Origin: Minisyncoccota bacterium
Lineage (GTDB): Bacteria > Patescibacteriota > Minisyncoccia > Phycocordibacterales > Phycocordibacteraceae
DNA: 64,000 nt
Assembly: GCA_036261925.1 (NCBI GenBank)
Contig: DATAJW010000013.1
Coordinates: 22,544 to 86,543, forward strand
Reading direction: 5' to 3'
Shown here: one piece after another, positions 20,139 to 29,531 of the stretch
Numbering within the stretch: the first letter of the stretch is position 1
How the letters are laid out: every line of letters begins with the position of its first letter
Notes under the pieces: model-generated
The model's database searches: none
What the model was told of the DNA's origin: nothing
The model's input: only the letters and a program-made list of their open reading frames with translations
Position numbers and translations under genes: made by a program

Positions 20139-22538
20139 ATGCAAGATTCAAACGCTACTTCCGCGGCCGCGCGCCGCCTCTCGTTCGACGGAGCCGCGAC
20201 CTGGGCGCTCGTCGCCACGGGCGCCGTCGCCGCAGTCGCTTTCATACCGGTCGCGACCGTACCGTTCCTTTATACGAAGGTCTCGCTCGTCGCGCTCGGC
20301 GTCCTCGTCGCGCTCGCGCTCTACGTGCTGGCGCGCCTGACGCGCGGCAACGTCGTGCTCCCCCCGCTCGCGCTCGTCGGCAGCCTCTGGCTCGTGCCGC
20401 TCGCGTACGCGGTGTCGACGCTCTTCTCGGGCGTCGCGCCCGCGAGCGCGTTCTTCGGCCGCGAGCTTGAGACCGATACGTTCGGCTTCGTCATCGTCAT
20501 GGCGGCGCTCGCGAGCCTCACCGCGCTCGCGTTCCGCAGGACGAAGCAGTATCGCGCGTTCTTCCTCGTGCTTGGCGGCGCGATCGCCGCGGTGCTCTTG
20601 GTGCAGCTGGCCTTCGTCGCGGTCGGCCGCATCGCGCCGTCGCTCGTCTCGCCGACGACGAACCTCGTCGGCTCGTTCCCTGACGTGGGCATGCTCGCCG
20701 GGCTCGGCATCGCGCTCGCGCTCCTCGCCCTGCGTCTCCTCACCCTTCCGGACCGGCTCCGCACCCTGCTGTACGCCTTCGGCGGCATCGCGCTCCTCAT
20801 CGTCGCCCTCGTGAACTCCGCGCTCATCTGGACCATGGTCGGCCTCGTCGCGCTCGGCCTCTTCATCGAAGCCATCATGCGCCATCGCGCGGGAAGCGCG
20901 GCGGACGAGGACCTCGACGGCGTCGCGCTCATGCTCGCGGACAGCGATGGCGAGACCAAGGCTACGGAGTCGCACTCGCTCCTCGCGCCCCTCGTCACCC
21001 TCGCGCTCGCGCTCTTCTTCGTCATCGGCGGCTCGACCATCGGCAACGCGCTCGTTTCCGCCTTTGGCGCGAACGCCATCGACGTCCGCCCGTCGTGGCA
21101 GTCCACGTTCAACGTCGGTAGCCACACCTACGCGTCCTCGCCGCTCTTCGGCTCGGGACCGGGCACGTTCGGCGAACAGTGGCTCAAGTTCCGCGACCGC
21201 AGCATCAACGATACGGTCTTCTGGAACATCGACTTCACATCGGGCATCGGCAGCATCCCGACCTCGTTCATCACGACCGGCATACTCGGCGCGCTTGCAT
21301 GGCTCGGGTTCCTCGGCATGTTCATCGTCATCGGCGGCCGCACATTGCTGTTCCGCCTGCCGAAGGAGGCGTTCGCACGCTTCGTCGCCATCGCCTCGTT
21401 CGTGGGAACGCTCTACGTGCTCGCGCTCTCCGTATTCACCGTGCCCGGCCCGGTCGTCGCGACATTCGGCTTCCTGCTCGCCGGCCTCTTCATATCGTCC
21501 TTGCGGCACGCGAGCCGCTCGCAGGAATGGGGCATCGTCTTCTCGAAGAACCCGCGCATCGGCTTCGCCATCGTATTCGGCCTGACGCTCCTGCTCCTCG
21601 CGTCCATACTCGCCGCGTACGTGGTCACCGAGCGCTACCTGGCATCGATCGCGTACGCCGAAGGCGCGCAGGCGCTCGCGCAGGGCGACCTCGCGCAGGC
21701 GGATGACGCCGTCGGCCGCTCCATCGCCTTCGCGCCATCCGATCGCGCGTACCAGCTCGCGGCCGCCGTCGGCATCGCGCGCATGAACCAGGTGGCGAGC
21801 GATACCACGCTCGCGCCGGCTGACGCGCAGCAGTCCTTCCAGACCGCGCTCTCGGGCTCCATACAGGCCGCGCTTACCGCGACCAAGCTCGGGCCGAACA
21901 ACTACCAGAACTGGGCGATGCTCGGCAACGTGTACCAGACCGTCGTGCCGCTGCGCATCGAGGGCGCGTACGATAACGCGAAGACCGCGTACGACCGCGC
22001 AGTGAGCCTCAACCCGACCTCACCGGCGCTCCCGTACGTCATCGCGCAGCTCGAGATCGCGCAGGGCGATGCCGCCGCCGCGGAGGAGCAGCTCGTGAAC
22101 GCCATCAACCTGAAGCGCGACTACACGCAGGCCATCTTCCTGCTTTCGCAGCTCGCGGTGCAGCAGGGCCGCGCCGCCGAGGCGCTCCAAGCCGCCGAGG
22201 CCGCCGCGTACTTCGCGCCGAACGACCCGACCGTCCTCTTCCAGGTGGGCATACTCCGCTCGGCGAACAGCGATACGGACGGCGCCATCATCGCGCTCTC
22301 CCGCGCCGTCGAGCTGAACCCGCAGTACGCGAACGCGCGCTTCTTCCTCGGCGTCATGCGTGCCCTCAAGGGCGACTACGCTGCGGCTGCGACGGAGCTC
22401 GAAGCGGTCGCCGCGCTCTCGGAGGAGAATGCCGACGCGGTGGCCGCGGACCTCGCGGCGCTGCGCAATGGCGAGAACCCGTTCCCGCCGTCGCGCCTGG
22501 GCGCGCTCGGCATCCCGGTAACGCCGGTAACGCCGTAA
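20139..22538 (+). CDS. O-antigen ligase/polymerase-like polytopic membrane protein with C-terminal TPR repeats
   Basis: more than 10 TM helices with a Wzy_C-like region, then TPR-like A/L-rich repeats; 799 aa. Confidence 0.55.
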   Translation: MQDSNATSAAARRLSFDGAATWALVATGAVAAVAFIPVATVPFLYTKVSLVALGVLVALALYVLARLTRGNVVLPPLALVGSLWLVPLAYAVSTLFSGVAPASAFFGRELETDTFGFVIVMAALASLTALAFRRTKQYRAFFLVLGGAIAAVLLVQLAFVAVGRIAPSLVSPTTNLVGSFPDVGMLAGLGIALALLALRLLTLPDRLRTLLYAFGGIALLIVALVNSALIWTMVGLVALGLFIEAIMRHRAGSAADEDLDGVALMLADSDGETKATESHSLLAPLVTLALALFFVIGGSTIGNALVSAFGANAIDVRPSWQSTFNVGSHTYASSPLFGSGPGTFGEQWLKFRDRSINDTVFWNIDFTSGIGSIPTSFITTGILGALAWLGFLGMFIVIGGRTLLFRLPKEAFARFVAIASFVGTLYVLALSVFTVPGPVVATFGFLLAGLFISSLRHASRSQEWGIVFSKNPRIGFAIVFGLTLLLLASILAAYVVTERYLASIAYAEGAQALAQGDLAQADDAVGRSIAFAPSDRAYQLAAAVGIARMNQVASDTTLAPADAQQSFQTALSGSIQAALTATKLGPNNYQNWAMLGNVYQTVVPLRIEGAYDNAKTAYDRAVSLNPTSPALPYVIAQLEIAQGDAAAAEEQLVNAINLKRDYTQAIFLLSQLAVQQGRAAEALQAAEAAAYFAPNDPTVLFQVGILRSANSDTDGAIIALSRAVELNPQYANARFFLGVMRALKGDYAAAATELEAVAALSEENADAVAADLAALRNGENPFPPSRLGALGIPVTPVTP

Positions 22539-22579
22539 TGCATCCCACGCAGGCGTTCCGCGGTTATCGCTAGGGCATC

Positions 22580-24262
22580 ATGGTGCGCACGATATTGAAA
22601 AGCCTCACGGCACCGGTACGCGGCCTGCATCAGGCCGCGTACTTGCTTGCCGGGCTCACGCTCGCGAGCCAGGTCCTCGCGCTCCTGCGCGACCGCCTGT
22701 TCGCGCACCAGTTCGGCGCGGGCCTGACGCTCGACCTGTACTACGCCGCGTTCAAGGTGCCGGACCTCGTGTTCGCGCTCGTGGCGTCGCTCGTCTCCGC
22801 GTACGTGCTCATACCCCGCATCGCGGGCGCCTCGCGCGACGAGACGAGGAACCTGCTCTCGCACACCGCATCCTTCCTGTTCATCGGCGGCGGCGTGCTC
22901 TGCCTCGGCATCGCCTGGTTCGCGCCCGCGCTCCTGTCGTTCCTGTTCCCCTCGCTCATGACCAGCGGGAGCGGACCCGAGTTCGTGGCGCTCACCCGCA
23001 TCCTGCTCATCCAGCCGATACTCCTCGGCCTCTCGGGCATCGTCACGAGCGTGACGCAGGTCAGGCGCCGGTTCGCGCTCTTCGCGCTCTCGCCGGTGCT
23101 CTACAACCTGGGCATCATCGCGGGCGCCTACTTCCTCTATCCGGTCTACGGCCTCATGGGCATCGGGTACGGCGTCATCGCGGGCGCGGTACTGCATCTC
23201 TTCATCCACCTGCCGCTCCTCGCGCGCGCGCGGGTCCTGCCGCGCCCGGTCGTCCCGAAGCTCTCCATCATCATCGGCATCGCGAAGGATTCCATACCGC
23301 GCTCGCTTGCGCTCGGGATGGGCGCCGTGAGCGCGCTCGCGCTCGCGGCGCTCGCGGCATCCTCCGGCGAAGGCAATGTCGCGGTCTATACGCTCGCGAG
23401 CAACCTCGAGGCGGTACCGCTCTCGCTCATCGGCGCGTCCTACGCAACCGCCGCGTTCCCGGTGCTCGCGGAGCACATGAACGCGAAGCGCTTCGACGGG
23501 TTCAAGGCGACCCTGTCCGCGGCGGCGCGCCACATCATCTTCTGGTCGGCGATCATCTCGGTGCTGATGCTGGTGCTGCGCGCGCACGCCGTGCGCATCA
23601 TCCTGGGCTCGGGCGCGTTCGATTGGGATGCTACCCGGCTCACCGCAGCGGTCCTCGCCATCCTCGTGCTCGGCCTCATCGCGCAAGGGCTCGTGCTGCT
23701 CTGCTCGCGCGCGTTCTATGCGGCAGGGAAGTCCTGGAACCCGCTCCTCATCCAGGCGGCGGGCGCCATGCTCTCGGTCCTTGCTGCGGCGGGCCTCCTG
23801 CACCTCATCTCGGCATTGCCGGCGGTCAGGTATTTCATGGAAGCCTTGCTGCGCGTCGAGGACGTGCCGGGCACCGGCGTACTCGCGATCGCCATCGGCG
23901 CCGCGTTCGGCCAACTCGTCATGGCCGTCATCGCGCTCGTTACCTTGCGCGACGTGGCGGAGGGCGTCGCTCGCTCGCTCGCTCGCTCGCTCTGCGAAGG
24001 CCTCGGCGCCGCGATACTTGGCGGCGCGGCAGCGTACGGCGTGCTCTCCTTCACCGGCTCCATCGCGCCCCTGACCACGCTCCTCATCGTCTTTGCGGAG
24101 GCCGCCTTAGCTGGTATCGTGGGCTTACTCGTCGCTGGGGCGGTCCTCGCACTCCTTGAGAACCGGGAATTCCGGGACCTCATCGAGACCTTGAAGAAGC
24201 TCACTTCCACCAAGGCGCTGAAGCCCCACGGCCAAGTCCTCAATGACCGACCGGATACGTAA
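22580..24262 (+). CDS. murJ: Lipid II flippase MurJ (MviN)
   Basis: 14-TM MOP superfamily pattern (LRDRLFAHQFGAG...DLYYAAFKVPD). Confidence 0.75.
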   Translation: MVRTILKSLTAPVRGLHQAAYLLAGLTLASQVLALLRDRLFAHQFGAGLTLDLYYAAFKVPDLVFALVASLVSAYVLIPRIAGASRDETRNLLSHTASFLFIGGGVLCLGIAWFAPALLSFLFPSLMTSGSGPEFVALTRILLIQPILLGLSGIVTSVTQVRRRFALFALSPVLYNLGIIAGAYFLYPVYGLMGIGYGVIAGAVLHLFIHLPLLARARVLPRPVVPKLSIIIGIAKDSIPRSLALGMGAVSALALAALAASSGEGNVAVYTLASNLEAVPLSLIGASYATAAFPVLAEHMNAKRFDGFKATLSAAARHIIFWSAIISVLMLVLRAHAVRIILGSGAFDWDATRLTAAVLAILVLGLIAQGLVLLCSRAFYAAGKSWNPLLIQAAGAMLSVLAAAGLLHLISALPAVRYFMEALLRVEDVPGTGVLAIAIGAAFGQLVMAVIALVTLRDVAEGVARSLARSLCEGLGAAILGGAAAYGVLSFTGSIAPLTTLLIVFAEAALAGIVGLLVAGAVLALLENREFRDLIETLKKLTSTKALKPHGQVLNDRPDT

Positions 24263-26036
24263 TTTCTCGATCATCGCGCACATCGATCATGGAATGTCGA
24301 CCCTCGCGGACCGGCTTCTTGAGCGTACCGGCACCATAGAAGCCCGGAAGATGCGCGACCAGGTGCTCGACAAGATGGATCTCGAGCGGGAGCGCGGCAT
24401 TACCATCAAGATGCAGCCTGCCCGCATGAAGCATGTCGGCTCGGACGGGCAGGAGTACATCCTGAATCTGATCGATACCCCGGGGCACATCGACTTCGCA
24501 TACGAGGTATCGCGCGCGCTCTCGGCGGTCGAGGGGGTCATCCTCCTCGTCGACTCCACGCAGGGCATACAAGCGCAGACGCTGACCACCCTCGATATGG
24601 CGAAGAAGGCTGGCTGCGTCATCATTCCCGTCATCTCGAAGATCGACGCGCCGGCCGCGCGTCCGGATGATGTCTCGCTCGAGCTCGCCGAGCTGCTTTC
24701 CATAGATCCGGATACCGTTCTTGCGGTCTCCGGCCGTACCGGCGCGGGCGTTACCGAGCTCCTCGAGGCTATCGTCTCGCGCATACCGGCGCCGAGGGTG
24801 GGCGAGGGCAATCCGCGCGCGCTCATCTTCGACTTCTCGTACTCGACGCACCGCGGCATCACGGTCTTCGCGCGCGTCTTCGACGGGGAATTCAAGAAGG
24901 GCGACGTGCTGCGCTTCGCGGCGGCGGGCGAGCGCTTCACCGCGCTCGAGACCGGCATCTTCATGCCGGACGAGCTTCCGACCGAGAAGCTCACGGCCGG
25001 CGAGATCGGCTACCTCGTGACGGGCGTGAAGAAGGCGGGCGTCGTCAATGTGGGCGACACGGTCATCCCGAACGCGGGCTCCACCGAGGGACTCGAAGGC
25101 TTCGAGAAGCCGCGTCCGGTGGTCTGGGCCTCGGTGTACCCGGAGAGCCAGGACGACCTGACCGAGCTGCGGCAGTCGCTCGAGCGCCTGCGCCTCTCCG
25201 ACTCCTCGCTCTCGTTCGAGGAGGAATCCTCCGGCATGCTCGGCCGCGGATTCCGCTGCGGTTTCCTCGGCATGCTCCATCTCGAGATCATCGTCGAGCG
25301 GCTGAAGCGCGAGTTCGACCTCGAGCTCGTCGTGACCATCCCGACCATCGCGTACACCGTGACCGACAAGCGCGGCAAGAAGGAGGTCATCTATACGCCG
25401 TCCAAGTTCCCCGCCTATGGCGAGACCGACGCCATCGAGGAGCCGTGGGTGAAGGTCGTCCTCATGACGCCGTCCGAGACGCTCTCGAGCATGCTCCAAC
25501 TCTTCCAGGACCATGAGGGCGCCGTGCTCTCGACCGAGACGCATGCCGATGGCCGCATCGAGCTCAAAGTGGAGATGCCGCTGCGCGAGCTTATGCGGGG
25601 GTTCTTCGACAAGGTGAAGAATGCTTCCTCCGGCTATGCGTCGCTCTCGTACGAGCTCATGGACGAGCGCGCCGCTGACGTGGTGAAGCTCGAGATATTC
25701 GTCGCGGAGGAGCCGGTGCCGGCGTTCGCGCGCGTCGTCTCCCGCCGCCGCGTGGAGGAGGAAGGCGAGCGCATGGTGCAGAAGCTCCATGAGATACTCC
25801 CGCGCCAGCAGTTCGTTACGAAGATACAGGCGCACGCGCTCGGCCGCATCGTCGCGTCGCGCTCCATCTCCGCGTTCCGCAAGGACGTCACCGGGTATCT
25901 CTACGGCGGCGATATCACGCGCAAGATGAAGCTCTTGGAGAAGCAGAAGAAGGGGAAGAAGCGGCGGGGCGTCCACGCAAAAATGGACATCCCACAAGAT
26001 GTCTTCATGAAAATGGTCCAGGAAAGCGAGCGATAG
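24243..26036 (+). CDS. lepA: Elongation factor 4 (LepA)
   Basis: IRNFSIIAHIDHGMSTL G1 motif, DTPGHIDF, LepA C-terminal domain; 597 aa. Confidence 0.95.
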   Translation: MTDRIRNFSIIAHIDHGMSTLADRLLERTGTIEARKMRDQVLDKMDLERERGITIKMQPARMKHVGSDGQEYILNLIDTPGHIDFAYEVSRALSAVEGVILLVDSTQGIQAQTLTTLDMAKKAGCVIIPVISKIDAPAARPDDVSLELAELLSIDPDTVLAVSGRTGAGVTELLEAIVSRIPAPRVGEGNPRALIFDFSYSTHRGITVFARVFDGEFKKGDVLRFAAAGERFTALETGIFMPDELPTEKLTAGEIGYLVTGVKKAGVVNVGDTVIPNAGSTEGLEGFEKPRPVVWASVYPESQDDLTELRQSLERLRLSDSSLSFEEESSGMLGRGFRCGFLGMLHLEIIVERLKREFDLELVVTIPTIAYTVTDKRGKKEVIYTPSKFPAYGETDAIEEPWVKVVLMTPSETLSSMLQLFQDHEGAVLSTETHADGRIELKVEMPLRELMRGFFDKVKNASSGYASLSYELMDERAADVVKLEIFVAEEPVPAFARVVSRRRVEEEGERMVQKLHEILPRQQFVTKIQAHALGRIVASRSISAFRKDVTGYLYGGDITRKMKLLEKQKKGKKRRGVHAKMDIPQDVFMKMVQESER

Positions 26037-26215
26037 AGACCACTCGATAAGGTCGAATCTACATCGTTACGGGTCCCAGTTCCTCTCTACGTCGTACTTC
26101 TAGTACGCCTTCGTTCGTCGCTTCCCGCGCCGCGCATCTGGCCCCCTTTCTCGCCCTGACTGATCCCGCTTCGTGTGGGTCGAAGGTTCGTTAGGGGTAG
26201 CGGTATACTGGAGGA

Positions 26216-26575
26216 ATGCCCCGTCGGCCGACCAAGAAGCGGATGAAGGAGTACGTCATAGCGGCGGCGCTCTCGCTGGCCGTCATATGGCTCCTCTGGC
26301 TCATCTGGGGCATCGCCCGGAAGGAGGAAATCGCCCGTCAGGCGGTCAAGAATACCCAGATAGAGCTTGCCGAGCTCAAGGACCGGAAAGCCGTCCTGGA
26401 GGCGAATATGGCCGAATTAGCGACCGATAGGGGTCAGGAGGCGACCCTCCGGCAGACCTATAACGTAGCCCTCCCGGGCGAGGAGGTAGTCATCGTGGTG
26501 CCGCCGAAGAAGGAGCCGGAGCCGGTGGTACTTCCGTGGTATAAAAAAGTCCTCGGATTCTTCGGCTTCTGGTAA
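26216..26575 (+). CDS. Septum-formation initiator (FtsB/DivIC-like) small bitopic protein
   Basis: N-terminal TM then coiled coil (ELAELKDRKAVLEANMAEL); TATACT 6 nt before the ATG. Confidence 0.45.
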   Translation: MPRRPTKKRMKEYVIAAALSLAVIWLLWLIWGIARKEEIARQAVKNTQIELAELKDRKAVLEANMAELATDRGQEATLRQTYNVALPGEEVVIVVPPKKEPEPVVLPWYKKVLGFFGFW

Positions 26576-26709
26576 GTCGGCTTCCTAAAAGGTCCATCTG
26601 CTTTGTTGCGGGTCCCACTGATTCCTCTCACCGTATGCTTGATACGTTTCGAGGAATCAGTTTCCCGCGCCTCGCATCTGGATCCTTTTAGAAAGCCTCC
26701 GAAATACAA

Positions 26710-26783
26710 GCGGAATTAGTTCAGTGGCAGAACGAGTGCTTCCCAAGCACTAGGCACGGGTTCGATTCCCGTATTCCGCACCC
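26710..26783 (+). tRNA. tRNA-Gly (anticodon CCC)
   Basis: acceptor GCGGAAT/ATTCCGC, anticodon loop TTCCCAA, T-loop TTCGATT. Confidence 0.8.
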
Positions 26784-26824
26784 GTCAAAATGGTATACTG
26801 TCGCCATAACCCACAATCGAACGT

Positions 26825-27097
26825 ATGGACACTCCCGTCACCATTTACACCACCCCGACCTGCCACTTCTGCCAGATGAGCAAGGAGTACTTCAAGGCGC
26901 ACGACGTCGCGTACACCGAGCATAATGTCGCGGCGGACCTCGAGAAGCGCCAGGAGATGATAGACAAGAGCGGCCAGATGGGCGTGCCGGTCATATTCAT
27001 CGGTGAGGAGATGATCATCGGCTTCGACAAGAAGCGCTTCGACGAGCTTCTCGGTACCGGCGGAGCGCCAGCGGCAGAAGAAGCCCCAGCAGCCTAG
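26825..27097 (+). CDS. Glutaredoxin/NrdH-like thiol-disulfide oxidoreductase
   Basis: TPTCHFC CxxC motif, GVPVIFIG, 90 aa. Confidence 0.75.
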   Translation: MDTPVTIYTTPTCHFCQMSKEYFKAHDVAYTEHNVAADLEKRQEMIDKSGQMGVPVIFIGEEMIIGFDKKRFDELLGTGGAPAAEEAPAA

Positions 27098-27107
27098 CAA
27101 AGAAACA

Positions 27108-27140
27108 AAACCCCGCGGCTGAATGCCGCGGGGTTTTGTG
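27108..27140 (+). terminator. intrinsic terminator AAAACCCCGCGGCTGAATGCCGCGGGGTTTTG
   Basis: stem flanked by A/T runs. Confidence 0.75.
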
Positions 27141-27240
27141 CTAGTCTCCGACATAGCTCTCGTATGCTCTGCATGCAACCATACGAAAGCTCGTTCGGCG
27201 CATATCGATATAGCCTAGATATGTTGATATGATTTCACTT

Positions 27241-27312
27241 CGCTCTCGTAGTTCAATGGATAGAATAGAGGTTTCCTAAACCTTCGATTCAGGTTCGACT
27301 CCTGACGAGAGC
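27241..27312 (+). tRNA. tRNA-Arg (anticodon CCT)
   Basis: acceptor GCTCTCG/CGAGAGC, anticodon loop TTCCTAA, T-loop TTCGACT; 72 nt. Confidence 0.8.
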
Positions 27313-27376
27313 ACAAAACGATTGACAATAGCCTCATTTATTGTTTGCATGCTTATGGCATGCACAGGAGGGTCGA

Positions 27377-27634
27377 ATGACCAAGCGGGACTCGAATCAT
27401 CTCGGTCCAAGAACGACAGAGGCATTTGAGGAGCGGGCCGCCGAGGCCAAGAGCCTGATCGAGAGACGGGCCGAACGAGCGAGGGAATTCAAGCTCAAGG
27501 ATCCGGTCGTCCATGAAGTGGATGGCGAACGCAAACCCGGCGTCGTTATCGGCTTCGGATCGGCCGGCCGGGTCTTGGTGAGATTCCGGGTCGGACGGGA
27601 ACAATGGTGCGACCCGCTCAATCTGAAGAAGTGA
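27377..27634 (+). CDS. hypothetical small protein (85 aa) in AT-richer segment, strong SD
   Basis: AGGAGGG 6 nt upstream of the ATG at 27377; no recognisable domain. Confidence 0.4.
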   Translation: MTKRDSNHLGPRTTEAFEERAAEAKSLIERRAERAREFKLKDPVVHEVDGERKPGVVIGFGSAGRVLVRFRVGREQWCDPLNLKK

Positions 27635-27667
27635 CCTTCTGATCAGCGGCCGCTGATCAGAAGGTCA
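27628..27667. terminator. 38-nt perfect palindrome GTGACCTTCTGATCAGCGGCCGCTGATCAGAAGGTCAC
   Basis: overlaps the stop codon of the 27377 ORF. Confidence 0.55.
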
Positions 27668-27727
27668 CAAGACTTGAAGGACGTGGCGAAAGCCGCGTCC
27701 TTTTCGTAATGGTAGACTTGGGGGCAT

Positions 27728-28036
27728 ATGAACGAAGAGATGGCCGAGCTGAAGGACTTGCTCGAGGAGAACCTGGAAGTCGCGAAGGACAATAATCGCC
27801 TGCTGAAGCTGATACGCCGCGATGCGACCCTCGGCCTCATCGCGAAGGTCGTCCTGTGGCTCGTGCTCCTTGGCGTACCGCTCCTGTTCCTGGGCTCGTA
27901 CCTGGGTCCGCTCCTCGAATCCATGGCCCGGACGCCCGGCGCGACGCCGGCAGGCGTCGGGATATTCGGCCTCCCGTCGCCGGAGCAGGCCCAGGAATTG
28001 CTCGAGGAATACAAGTCGCTCTACGAGGTTCAGTAG
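27728..28036 (+). CDS. hypothetical membrane protein (coiled-coil N-terminus, 2 TM)
   Basis: ORF with hydrophobic core LIAKVVLWLVLLGVPLLFLGSYLGPLL. Confidence 0.4.
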   Translation: MNEEMAELKDLLEENLEVAKDNNRLLKLIRRDATLGLIAKVVLWLVLLGVPLLFLGSYLGPLLESMARTPGATPAGVGIFGLPSPEQAQELLEEYKSLYEVQ

Positions 28037-28076
28037 AGCGTGAAAACCGCCATCCGGTGTGCTAGGATGGCGAAGA

Positions 28077-28258
28077 CGCTTGGGTAAGAAGCTTGCTACG
28101 CAACTTCTTTCCGGGCGCTCGCTCGGCGAGCAAGAATATACCTTCGGGCGCATTCTTGTTGCCTCGCTTGGGTAAGAAGCTTGCTACGCAACTTCTTTCC
28201 CTACGCTCGTTCGACAAATGAGAATATGCCCTTCCGGGCGCATTCTCATCGTCTCACT
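28077..28258 (+). repeat. Two tandem about 90-nt repeats, each beginning with the first 9-10 nt of tRNA-Phe (CGCTTGGGTA) and containing 2-3 hairpins
   Basis: unit 1 at 28077-28164, unit 2 at 28165-28258; shared CGCTTGGGTAAGAAGCTTGCTACGCAACTTCTTTCC. Confidence 0.7.
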
Positions 28259-28259
28259 C

Positions 28260-28332
28260 GCTTGGGTAGCTCAGTTGGTAGAGCACTCCCCTGAAGAGGG
28301 AGGGGTCACCGGTTCGACCCCGGTCCCAAGCA
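28260..28332 (+). tRNA. tRNA-Phe (anticodon GAA)
   Basis: acceptor GCTTGGG/CCCAAGC, anticodon loop CTGAAGA, T-loop TTCGACC; 73 nt. Confidence 0.85.
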
Positions 28333-28354
28333 CTAAAGGGTTTATAGTAGAGGC

Positions 28355-29434
28355 ATGAACCGCCTCCTCGCCTGGGCGCAGAAGAACGAACGGCGCCTGG
28401 GCGGCGTGCTGTTCCTCGGCGGCTTCGTGACGGACCTCCTCACGTTCACGCTCCTCGAGGTCTCGTACGTGAACCTGTTCTTCATCGCGTACCTCGCGCT
28501 CGCGAGCGTCTGCGTCTTCGGCTCGCATCTCCTGTTCGCGCGCAAGCGCGAGGGGCAGTCGAAGCTCGAGCGGGCGCTCGCGGTCCTGTTCTCCCTCGGC
28601 TCGCAGTACGCCATCGGCGGCATCCTCTCGGGCTGCCTCATCTTCTATACGAAGAGCGCGGTGCTCTCGGTATCCTGGCCGTTCATCGTCCTGCTCGCGC
28701 TCGTATTCATCGGGAACGAATACTTCAGGAAATATCGCGAGCACCTGATATTCCAGACGGTGCTCCTCTATTTCGCGCTCTACGCGTACGCGATATTCGC
28801 GCTCCCTATCTACCTGCATGCGCTCGGCCCGTGGATATTCGCCGCGAGCACTGCCGCATCGCTCGCGGTGTTCGCGGCATTCCTCTTCCTGCTCAAGCAG
28901 GCTTCTGCGTCGCGCCTCCGGCAGAGCCTGAAGCCGATACTCCTCTCGGTCGCCAGCATGACCGTCGCCATAGTCGGCGCGTACGCGACGGCCGCGATAC
29001 CGCCGATACCGCTCACCTTGCCGGAAAGCGGCATGTACCACGGGCTCGTCCGCAGCGGCGGCGACTACGTGGTCCTCGCGGAAGAGGCGAAGCCCTGGTG
29101 GGATCCGCGCCCGCAGACGCTGCACCTGACCGAAGGCGGCACCGCGTACGCATACGCGTCGGTGTTCGCGCCGACCCGATTCTCCGCGTCGGTCGTCCAC
29201 CACTGGGAGCGGTACGATGCGGCTGCCGGGAAATGGGTGAACGAGGGCCGGATATCGTTCGGCATAGCGGGCGGCCGCGATGGCGGGTACCGCGGCTACT
29301 CGGAGCGTTCCGGGCTCTCGCCCGGGAAGTGGCGCGTCTCGGTGGAGACGCCTGCGGGCCAGACCATAGGGCGGATACCGTTCGTCGTCGAGCGGGTGAT
29401 GGTGCAGCCAGCGCTCCATGAAGAGACGCATTAG
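28355..29434 (+). CDS. polytopic membrane protein with C-terminal soluble domain, hypothetical
   Basis: about 6 TM helices then a beta-rich C-terminal region; TATAGT 6 nt upstream of the ATG; the overlapping antisense 391-aa ORF was rejected. Confidence 0.5.
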   Translation: MNRLLAWAQKNERRLGGVLFLGGFVTDLLTFTLLEVSYVNLFFIAYLALASVCVFGSHLLFARKREGQSKLERALAVLFSLGSQYAIGGILSGCLIFYTKSAVLSVSWPFIVLLALVFIGNEYFRKYREHLIFQTVLLYFALYAYAIFALPIYLHALGPWIFAASTAASLAVFAAFLFLLKQASASRLRQSLKPILLSVASMTVAIVGAYATAAIPPIPLTLPESGMYHGLVRSGGDYVVLAEEAKPWWDPRPQTLHLTEGGTAYAYASVFAPTRFSASVVHHWERYDAAAGKWVNEGRISFGIAGGRDGGYRGYSERSGLSPGKWRVSVETPAGQTIGRIPFVVERVMVQPALHEETH

Positions 29435-29531
29435 TGCGTTAGCCACTCGCCATTAGTACTTAGGGAAGAAGGCCCTGGAACTTCGTTCCAGGGCCTATCC
29501 TACTAACTGCCTAACCCCTAGTGGCTAAAAA

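Noticed and set aside
28271-29446. 391-aa minus-strand ORF covering tRNA-Phe and the 28355 membrane-protein gene
   Set aside because: It runs through a tRNA gene. The plus-strand ORF has a coherent TM topology and a leaderless-type promoter, while the minus frame is E/R-rich low complexity.
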